Assembly: GCA_023213395.1 (NCBI GenBank)
Contig: CM041465.1
Coordinates: 250,425,741-250,489,740, forward strand
Length of the DNA stretch: 64,000 bases
Source: Cycas panzhihuaensis
Lineage: Eukaryota > Plantae > Cycadophyta
Reading direction: 5' to 3'
This document shows positions 54,201 to 64,000 of this stretch, in pieces; positions within the stretch are counted from its first letter, which is position 1, and each line of letters opens with the position of its first letter. The translations under genes were made by a program, and so were the position numbers. Under the pieces are notes generated by a model. The model was given only the letters and a program-made list of their open reading frames with translations, was not told where the DNA came from and ran no database searches.

Positions 54201-54956
54201 ACAAAATGGGTGGAAGCCCGCGCATTGCGAAAGCCGATCTGACAAAGAAGATTTACGTATGAGGTAATAATTACGCGATTTGGATGCCCTTGGAGATCGT
54301 CAGTGACCAAGGTGCCCACTTCCTCAACCAAACTATTGAAACATTGACAACCGCCTTCATGATTAGCCATCTAAATCAACTCCCTACTATCCGAGAGCCA
54401 ATGGTCAAGCGAGAGCTCGAACAAGATAATCGAAAAGCGCTTGCGAAGATATGCAACATCGGCAGATCGGATTGGGTAGAAGTTACCCTACGTACTATGG
54501 GCCTTTCGCGACCTACAAAAGGTCAATTGGATGAGACCCATTCGACTTGTATATGACACAGAAGCCATTCTTCCGACAGAATTTGAGATACCCAGCTTAC
54601 GAGTGGCAGTACAATGTCGATTAGACGACCTCCAGTCTTTGGAACGACGACTGGAAGACTTAATACGGTTGGAAGAGAAATGACACCTAGCAAACCGGTT
54701 GCAACATATCGAAAATCGGCGACAAAAAGCATGGCACGACCGCCATCTATGGAAACCTCAATTCAACGAATGTGATCAAGTGTTGCTGTACGACAGCAAA
54801 TTCAAAACGCACCCCGGGAAACTCAAGATGCGATAGTTGGGACCATACATCGCAGAACGAATTTTTGAGAATGGATCGGTGCAGCTTCGAGAGATCGACG
54901 AACCTCTGCTACCAACTCGGGTAAATGGTAGCAGGCTCAAGCCTTACATTGAGTAG
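48276..54956 (+). pseudogene. Gag-Pol polyprotein of element C (disrupted); RT-RNase H intact in ORF 52548-53987
   Basis: Same domain order and motifs as B. 479-aa RT/RH ORF. Integrase ends RLKPYIE*. Confidence 0.95.
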
Positions 54957-55171
54957 CCCAGCCTACCAGCAAGATCAGCTGGTTATACAATATCGTATTG
55001 CATGATGTTGAGGCAACCAACTGCCTTGATACCGAGCCATGATCTAGTTCGATATGGATACAAAAATAGAAAAAAAAATTTGAAAAAAAATAAAAAATAA
55101 CTGTAACTCATTACTGATATAAGTAATGACATAATCGAGAAAAATCGAGGGAAATTCATCCATACAAGCAA

Positions 55172-55620
55172 ATTACGATTATGCATTACCAAAAGGTATG
55201 TTACCAGGTACATACAGTTGAAACAGTGATAAAAATTGAAAATATACTATGCGTACCAAGGAAATTCACTAAAGTACGCATAGTTTAAAAAAGTGACTCG
55301 GAATTACACTATACATACTTGAAAAGTACGCAGATAGGTACGCACAATGTCAATAACTTTTAAGTGGCTCAATTACATTATACGTACCTGAAAAGTACGC
55401 AAGCAAAGGCAAAGGAGGGTAAGTTAAAAAATTACATTATACGTACCAACAAAGTACGTGTCAGTGCACGACCGGTAAAAGATACTCAAGTGATTAGTTA
55501 CATTATACGTACCAAAGGAAATACGCAATCGAGTACGCATAATGAAAGCTCTTAACACTATACGTACCAAGGGCACGTATAAGACAAAATACGCAAAATG
55601 ACAAATCATTACGTACCTAC
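55172..55620 (+). repeat. Stem-loop repeat array of element C (counterpart of 41096-41540)
   Basis: Cores at ~55172, 55241, 55304, 55373, 55431, 55498 and 55552, e.g. ttacattatacgtacctgaaaagtacgca. Confidence 0.85.
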
Positions 55621-55791
55621 GAGCATTCCCGTACGGTACGCAGAGCGGAACGGATTGCGGAAAATGGCACGCAAGAGACTGCTCTGGTACGCATCACAGT
55701 ACGCAAGAACGGCAAGCATTCTACAGAGGTACGTGCGTGCGGTTCTAGCTGTACGCTTTGGTTTCTTTCTTATCTCTAGGACTCCACAACC

Positions 55792-56874
55792 ATGATGAGG
55801 ACAGCAGGGTGCCAAGAGGCCTACATTCCGAAGCTCAAACAAGACCTCCAAGCTCTACCAGCTGCATTTCAAGCCAAGGTTAAGCAGGCAGGCTGGGGAG
55901 ACTACATCTATTGTAACCCCATGTACCATGACCCCGAATTGATGGACCAAATCCTAATGGCCCTAAAGGCAGACAGCAGGAAGGTCAAAATGGACGCAGA
56001 CATAGTCCATACTATCACTAGACTTCCCAAGGAGGGAGAGGTTCCATTGGGAACAAAGAGGTCGGAAGTAGACCGGGAAATGTGGCTGAGGGAACTATGC
56101 CAGCCTAACACTCAGATTATGTCCGGTGGAATCAGGGTAGCCGACATTATGGATGGGAGACTTCAGTGGGTGGCCAAAGTAATTAATTCCAGGTTTTTGT
56201 CAAAGAGGAAGTATACCTATATCCAGGGAGGTATGATGCAGGTATTGTTAAAAATTCGAGATGGAGAAAGGTTGAATTAGTCAGAATTTTTGGCGGAAAA
56301 CATGAGATAGCAGCTACAAGAAATCCGGACACATCCATTCCGCCATCCTTCATTGCTTCTGGCAATATTATTCTACCAGTGTCCAGAAGTTCGATTGACT
56401 GAACTACCATCTCCTGAGCCAATTATCAAACAATGGGTAGCAGAATTTCCAGACACAACAACCAGTCTGGAAGCAAAACGGAGAGTTCAAAAGCAGATGC
56501 AAAAGGTGCTTACCTGGTTACAAAAAACACCAGGAACACCTATCCCTCATCGGATGAAGCAAGTTGTTCATTGTCGTGGGAAGAGGAAGAAAGGGGAAGA
56601 AGAAACAGAAGAAGAAGAGGAGGAGAAAGCAGAAGCATCCTGGGAAGAATGGGAAGACTTCCCACTAGCAACAGAGGCAGGAGAACCTTCAGCACCTCCT
56701 ACACCGCAGGATAAAGCGGGACCCATCATCCAAATGATTCAGGATATGGAGGCAGGGTACAAAGCGGAGATAGCGGCCCTTCAGGACAAAATAAAGAAGG
56801 ATGCCATTATTGCCACCCTGACACAGATAAATGAGGAAATTTTGGGAGGACAGAGGCAGCAGGAGCCGCCTTGA
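55792..56874 (+). CDS. Extra 3' sense ORF of element C (premature stops)
   Basis: ORFs 55792-56280 and 56353-56874, homologous to the extra ORF of B. The TAG at 56278 corresponds to TGG in B. Confidence 0.75.
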
Positions 56875-58403
56875 GACAGAGTGGGGGAGGGATACCCCGA
56901 AATTTTGATTTTTTGGAGTTTTGTTGAGCAAGGATGCTCAAACCCATAACTGTTGACCCAGGATAGATGTTGGAGTCAAAAGTGATCCAATGGCTGTGTG
57001 AGGACCAGAGGTAGGTCAGATAACCCGAGTTGTGCAGTACGGACCGTACAGAGACGCACGAGGCAAAAGCAGCGAAAAACTAGCATTCTGGCTACGTATG
57101 ACGGTGCATACCGAACGGTACATATGATGAGATCGTACCAGCGGCGAGCGGGCAAAGCGGCGACGCATGCGACTCAAGGGGACCAGTGAAGACCTGTCGA
57201 GGTGCCAGACGTACGTACGGACATATGAACTCAAAGGACGAATTAATTAAGGCTAAACAAGTGTTTTAAGTGAAAGGGTATACATGACTGAAGGGGTACG
57301 ATTATGACAGGCAGTCATAACCCTTCAGCCAAAAGGTACTAGCATGAGTACTTAAGGAGGTACGCATGATTCACCAGGTTAGGGTGAGAGCCGGATATCA
57401 CGGGTACGCAAAGGTGCAGGAGCCAGTACGCATGACAGCCATTTGGAGCATCATTGTATGATAAGTACCATCTAGGTACGCATTGTAACAGAAAGATTGT
57501 ATCTTTCTTTGGAATGCTCAGAATGCATTCCACCTACATGTAAATGAACTGTTGACTTAATAAAATGAAGAGTTACGTGGAAATTGGTGTATTCTTGGTG
57601 TTGCAATGATGATTTATTGAGTATGTATTGATTTCTGTACTGCTGTGTACCATTCTGTGAATTATATGTGGAATGTATGTGGAATGTATGTGAATGACCA
57701 TGTTGACAGTATCCTGAACTAGACTATAGTGCTGTGTAACCTTGACAAGTGTAGCAAGGGGTATCTCGTAAGTGTAATAAGATACCCCAGCAAGTCAACA
57801 AGTGATATGCAAAAAACAGAGTATCTTACACAGCCTACAGGTAACAATGATGAAGTAATTGGAACTCATCTCAATGAATTCATTGTTTCAGGGGAGGATG
57901 ATGGTGTTTCATCGCTTGATAACTTTTCGTTACATTTGGATAAATGATGATATTGCTAACATCTTTTCTTTTTGTCACTCACATATTGAAGAAAGCAAAA
58001 GCAAACAGGTGGTGATCAGAATTCTGATAGAAGACATATTTGATGGACACCTTGAAGATACCTTTGATGAGTACATGCAAGATCATGTTGAATTAGTCAT
58101 TATTCACTACTTGTTTTGCATGACAAAGGATTCCCAATTGTGTATGAAGATGAAAGAAGCAAAGCTCGAAGACCATCAGTTTAAAGAACTACCTCAAAGA
58201 CGACACTACAAGATTGAAGACCAAGATCAAGCCCAAGACATGGTGTTTAAGACCTTTCAAAGATCAAGACGTTGGAGATTCAAATAAGACAAAGTGCATG
58301 TCAATCAAGTTAGAGTCCATCGAAAGTCATTTGTCAAAGTGTCATGTTAGTCTTATGTAGTCAGTCATTTTTTGTAGTCTTGACATTAAACATTAAGGGG
58401 AGG

Positions 58404-58771
58404 TGTTAGAGTATAATGTTTAATGTGTGTGTGGTTAAGTAAAGTGGGTCCTAGGATTAATAGTCATAGTCCTAAGTCTTAGAGTCAAAGAATTGTTATA
58501 ATATTGTGAGAGAAGATAGAAGCTTATTGGTCAAGTTAGTGGTGTAATGTCATTGGTCAAGACAAAGGTATTTGTCCCACATGCATTACTTGTGTTGTAT
58601 AGTCTCCTACCTATTTAGTATATAAATGTGGTTGAGATAGTATGTGTTATGAAGTCATCATGGAGGCTTATGTTGAGTCTACGATGCTTTAGTGTTATGC
58701 TTATGTTTATTGAATACAGGTTATACTTTGGTTATCGATCTTTTGGATGCTTTCCATATTAAATCTTAACA
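58404..58771 (+). repeat. 3' LTR of element A
   Basis: Colinear with the rejoined 5' LTR: about 16 substitutions and no indels by manual count. Confidence 0.95.
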
Positions 58772-60327
58772 CCATACGTACCTCAATGGACTCCACTTGG
58801 TGCTATGCAAATATCAAAATTTTAAATTTTCATATTTACTTTTTGAATTATAAAAATTTTCAAAATTTGTTATAAGCTTGAGAAGTCAACTTCCAACAAA
58901 TAGAGTTCTAAGAAAAAAGACCCAATAGAAACTCTAATTGCATTCATTAAATGACAAAAGAGATAAAAATAAATATCTAGTGTTTGAATGAAAATCTTTG
59001 GTTTTGAATTTCAAATAGAAGCGTTATCATAAATGGGCATATTAAAGTAACTCACTACACATGACCTTGACTAATTATGAGCAATTATTTTTGTGGATAA
59101 AACAATTGCCATGATTGAAACCATGATCTTATGAGCTGCTGATAAATTATGGGTTTGCACGAATGATCATGTAAACATTGTGTGAATCTCTTAGGATTGA
59201 AAACTATTAGGAAATTTCTAAAAGTTATTGCCCTATCTTGCATTAATGAATGATGATGAAAACTTAGGGTTTTCGAAGTAGTTTATATTTTGAGTTTTTA
59301 ATAGAAATATACACATATGGAGAAGTAGAAACCATAGTTTCATGGATAAAATTCACTCATTAGAGTTTTGCATGTTTATCAATTGTCCATTTGAAATGAT
59401 TCTTAGACACTTCACAAGTTTTGTTGATACGAAAAAGTGAAATGTTTTGTTTGCAAATTGCAATGAAAACGAGTTTATTTTATAACTCATATGCTTGCAA
59501 ATTCCTTTCACTACCATGGCAAAATGAAATTATATTATTCATTTATCATAATTGTGAGTGCATTTATTATGGCTAATTTATTAATCACTAAATTAAACCC
59601 ACAAATTTGAACTTAAAACCATGGCTAAGGTTACAAGATGGAAAATTAATCGTTTATGATTAAAACTCTTCCATAAGGTAGAAGAAGGAATTTACCATTA
59701 TTAATGATATTATTTCACCAGAAGTCAATGGTTAAGGTTACAAACTGCAAGGTTAAAACTCTTAAGAGTTGATGCACAACTATTAAAGAAACCTCTCACT
59801 AAAAAGTAAACTCAAATCATGAAATCAATTAGTAAAAATTGCGTGTGAGATATTTCTTCTCATTCATCATTGAAGAGGCAAGCTTCCCATTAAAAACTTC
59901 CTCTAAAACAAGAATCAACCTATATAGACACATAGTGAGCAAGACTAGCATAAGACCATATTTTACTTACCTTATTTTGTCATTATTAGTATTAGTTTAG
60001 AGGATTAGTGTCTTAAATTCAAAAGGTGAAGCTATGAATTATGAATTGGTTTAGAATGAAAAGTCAACATGTCATTACAACTCACTATGAGACATTTATA
60101 TATACATTGTCCCTAGCCTAAGGCTAGAACCATGTCTTGCACGTCTTCCCTCTACAATGTTCTTCTTGAGATGGTGCTCCCACATACCAAATATAAAAAA
60201 TGATGCCTAGGTTTCAATTTTAGACACAAAGACAATACCAACAAACAATGTTTGCTTTCCTCTAATGTCTTAGAATCCTTTAATGTCTTTTTTTCACTTA
60301 TGGATTCATCTTTCGACAAACAAATAC

Positions 60328-60388
60328 GTGTGTGTGTGTGTGTGTGTATAGAGAGAGAGAGATAGAGACAGAGACAGAGATAGAGAGA
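60328..60388. repeat. Compound microsatellite (GT)n-(GA)n
   Basis: gtgtgt..gt ata gagagagaga.. Confidence 0.95.
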
Positions 60389-61075
60389 CTTACTTTCAAT
60401 AATCAATCCTTCATTTCCACATACAAAGGAATTCTAATTAATTGAATGGTAATTCCAACTAAGTTCCAATCATAGGGAAGACACACACATAATGTAGCTG
60501 TATTTTAATTTAGGAGAACTTAATGGCACATGTTTCCCATTTATTAAATATATCTTCTACATCAATATCGAGTTATCTAGTTTATAGGACTTTTCCTCAC
60601 TCATTCCTTGATTCATCAAGCGAGAGTGATTCACCTATGTGTAGTCAATAATCTCTTTGGACCACTTATGTAAAAGTTAGCTATACCTCATCATGGTCCC
60701 CCTAAACTTCAATTACATTACAATCAACAAGCTCATTCGTTTCCAAAGGGATCTACCCATCTCATGGCAACCAATACTAGTAAAACCACTTAGCGACAAA
60801 CATTCATGGCCTACTCCTCCAAATATTCAATGCATTTAGATTCCAAATACTCAATGCGTTTAAATTCTAAGTACTGAATGCACTTGGATAATTGGTTTAA
60901 CACATGGGAGTAGTTGGGCCCAAACCATGGTGTTAATATTAAGAGTTTGGGTTTGAATTTATTTTGTTCATTTGTGTTTCTAGGATTGTATTCATCCCCA
61001 TTTATTCATATCCATGGTAATAAAAATCAATCACAACCTAACATGGTGTCTTTATTGACAGTAAAAAGATCATAT

Positions 61076-62770
61076 GGGGAGAATAATGAGCAAAGGTTTG
61101 ATAATTAACATCAAACAATAGCAACAAATAAGTAAACAAATATGAGTACAAGCAATGGTAGGGTAAGAATTGTTCATAGGTCCAAAACAAGATTGACTTG
61201 TATTCAAATGAACAACATAATATTACATCACCCCTCTCTCTCTCTTTATATGAGAAAATAGTCTCAATATATAGAAGAGGATGAGGTCTTTTAAGGAGTT
61301 GCATGTTTGACACTTGTCAAACATGCACACATGCACACAAGCTCTTTGCAGAAAGACACTTGTCCCTCATACACACAAATGTGCAAAAGCAAGGGTGAAG
61401 GATACATTGACTCTTAACTTACAACATCACACACACTAGAGAAAGATATGTCTATACTTTATCACATTAAGTGGTAAAGTCACCTTATATAATACATAAC
61501 ATTAAAACATAAAGGTTCTAAAACCCCGCCTTAATGTTTACAATGTTGAGTGTTACTCCAAGACCATCTCTAAAATTTTCAAATTTTTCTCTACCATGCG
61601 ATTTAGTAAAGATGTTTGATAATTGTTGTTTAGTGGGTCTGTAGATGTGGTTGATTTCACCGTTCTGAACATATTCTCTGATGAAACGGTGATGGACTTT
61701 AATGTGCTTGATTCTTGCATGAAATACTAGATTCTTAGTCATCTTGAGCACACTTTGGTTATCACAATACAATCTAGTGGGATGAGTTTACTCAAGTCCA
61801 AACCCACTAAGAATCTTCGTTAGCCAAATAACTTCACAAACTGCATTGACTGCAACTTTATATTCTGCTTTTGTAGAGAACAGAGTAACATTAGGTTACT
61901 TCTTGCAACTCCACAAAATAACAACTGACCTTGAAGCAGTACCCTAGGGTAGATTGTCAACTATTCTGGCAACTAACCTAATCAAAATCTGAAAACCCTT
62001 CCAATGTGAAGTTTTCATTATGTGTATATTGAAGGCCATGCTGCAATGTGCCTTTGAGATATTTTAGTAAACGTTTTATTGCTAACCAATGCTTTTGATT
62101 GAATTGAGACATGTACCGAGAACAAATTCCAACTACAAATGAAATATCAGGTCTAACATTATTCAAATAGATAAGACTACCCACTAGTTGCCAATAGAGT
62201 GTGGAATCTATTAGTTGTGCTTCCTCACCAAGTGGCAATTTGACACCATTCTTCATGGATGTAGGCGTTGACTTACAGTCTTCCATTTTGAATTACTAGA
62301 AGATATCCCAAGCACATTTTTCTTGGGAGATAAAAATGTTGCATGGTTGTTGCCACACCTACATGCTTAAAAAATAATAGAGAAGTCCCAGATCTGTTAT
62401 CTCGAAATTCCTCTTTAGGTCCTCTTGGAAATTTTGTGTCATCTTAATATCATTTCTTGTGATTACTAAGTCATCAACCTAAAATATGACAAAGATAACA
62501 TGTTGGTTCCTAACTTTTATGTACAAGTTGGGGTCTAATGAGGATCGATGAAACCCATATCTCTAAAAATAATCATTGACTTTTTAGTACCATGCACATG
62601 GACATATAAAGCCTTTTTAAGGAGACAAACCAAATGTTTTTTGCCATGTATTGTGTAGTCAAGAGGTTGCTCCAAATATACCTCCTCTACAAGATCACCA
62701 TTGAAAAAGATGTTTTTTACGTTCATTTAATATATTGACCATTTGCATTGTGCAACTAGGGCCAATATTA
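61076..62770 (-). mobile_element. 5'-truncated Ty1/Copia element: RT-RNase H, PPT and probable 3' LTR
   Basis: MNVKNIFFNGDLVEEVYLEQP, YWQLVGSLIYL..RPDISF and YCDNQS..FHARIKHIKVHHRFIRE. PPT-like AAGGCGGGG near 61524-61532. Left LTR boundary approximate. Confidence 0.88.
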
Positions 62771-64000
62771 ATTTGATTGCATTCATATTTCTTTTACGAC
62801 ATGGACATGTTGTAAGAATGGTTACACAAATACATGGATGGTGCCTTAAACAAAGTTTTAAACATGTACATGAAACCCACATTAAGCATGACTTTAAAAC
62901 CCATATTAAAGACATAGGCACCTTACACTCATGGAAGCATAAGAGTTCATATGCTTTGGGAAGCACGACAACTCATATGATTAGGGAAGTGTAAGATTTC
63001 ATACTCATGGAAGTGTGAAGGCCACATGCTCAAGAAACTAAGAGATTGAAAGAAATGAATGGACCTAAGATAGAATTTGTGGAAGAACCATTAAGGCAAG
63101 GGGTGACCCAATACACAGGGATGCACATTTCCTCTTTAGGTTCATGGTGGCTATAAGATAGAAGGGACACACTCCTAAATATGGGATGGTGAATCCAAGT
63201 ATGTTCCCATGGATGAACCAGTAGCCCTAAGGACCAATCCATAGGGATGGATAGGTTGGTGGCATGTCCACAGGCATGGACTATAAGACTAGAGGCATTT
63301 CCCCTTGGGGAATTATAAGGCTCAAGGTGCTCCTAAAGACAAAGATCTCTAAAGTAAAGTGATCACCAATTATACATGAAATGGAAGCAAATGAATGCCC
63401 CAATCGCACTAATCACTTGTTGTGGAGAAGGTAGACAACCACTACACCAAGAGAAGCCAAAGGGCTTGGGCAACCCCTCCTTGCTTGAGGAAATGGATAC
63501 CACTGTGAGTAGATCTGGTGAACCATAGGAGGACACTACTTGGTGGGTAGATGATCCCATATCTGAAGATGAGGCCCAAACACCATTCCTATATATGATA
63601 CATAGGGGTGTCACCATAGAGATTGGCATTACAGAGGGAGGCTCTACCACACAAGTATATTGTCATGAACTCTAGCTCAATGAAGCCACAGACAATGCAC
63701 ATGGGAATGCTTAGCATTGGGTTCTATCATCCAAACCATTGTAATTTCTCATTCCGATCAATGTGAATCTCATTCCCTAGACATAGTGCGGAAAATGCAA
63801 GGTAGAAAATAGGTCATGCCCACCCCAAGAGGAAACAATACCATTGTCACCAAAACCTAACAACTAGGCCATCTCATTGACATCTAGCTCTAAACTACAA
63901 AACTCTACCCCACCTCACTTGAAGCAAGCCACCTTCTATAGTCTATCACTAAAAAGGGTATATACAAACATGTGCTCAAGAAGGGGCTAGGGGATTAATA

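Larger units (their letters stand above)
47322..57800 (+). mobile_element. Element C: second full-length copy of the same Ty3/Gypsy family, inserted in the internal region of A
   Basis: LTRs 47322-48134 and 56968-57800. TSD AGTGA at 47317-47321 and 57801-57805. Degenerate PBS TAGTTCCTTTGCC 48136-48148. Colinear with B throughout. Confidence 0.97.
33084..58771 (+). mobile_element. Element A: non-autonomous Copia-type, gag-only (TR-GAG-like) LTR retrotransposon, ~4.73 kb after removing B and C
   Basis: 368-bp TG..CA LTRs (5' LTR split 33084-33236 + 43710-43924; 3' LTR 58404-58771). PBS TGGTATCAGAG 43925-43935, PPT AAGGGGAGG 58395-58403, TSD TCATA/CCATA. Gag fragment present, no pol motifs found. 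Confidence 0.92.

Noticed and set aside
33237-57800. B and C as a tandem or segmental duplication or an assembly duplicate
   Set aside because: Each has its own distinct TSD, unrelated flanks and many independent substitutions.
57729-58287. ORFs of 72 and 142 aa near the 3' end of element A
   Set aside because: One straddles the C/A junction and the other has no recognisable domain. Neither is supportable as a gene.

Overview
AT-rich, repeat-dense plant nuclear DNA. The retroelement types suggest a gymnosperm-like genome (inference). The only clearly recognisable host coding sequence is the terminal exon of a DEAD-box helicase (RH17/DBP7-like, minus strand, 27167-27409); its upstream exons are not visible in the window. 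The main structure is a 25.7-kb nest with fully resolvable boundaries. The outer element (A, 33084-58771) is a ~4.7-kb non-autonomous Copia-type, gag-only (TR-GAG-like) LTR element that carries a captured pfkB-family kinase fragment. Two ~10.5-kb copies of one non-chromovirus Ty3/Gypsy family are inserted in it (B 33237-43704, C 47322-57800), each with a perfect 5-bp TSD. This Gypsy family is unusual: tRNA-Glu-type PBS, two extra tandem capsid-like modules between protease and RT, an array of 7-8 stem-loop repeats after integrase, GTAC-dense LTRs, and an extra sense ORF with PMD/Transposase_32-like features. The remainder is degenerate Gypsy, Copia and hAT remnants, a tRNA-derived SINE with TSD, and two fold-back inverted repeats. 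All family calls come from motif recognition by eye, not database searches.
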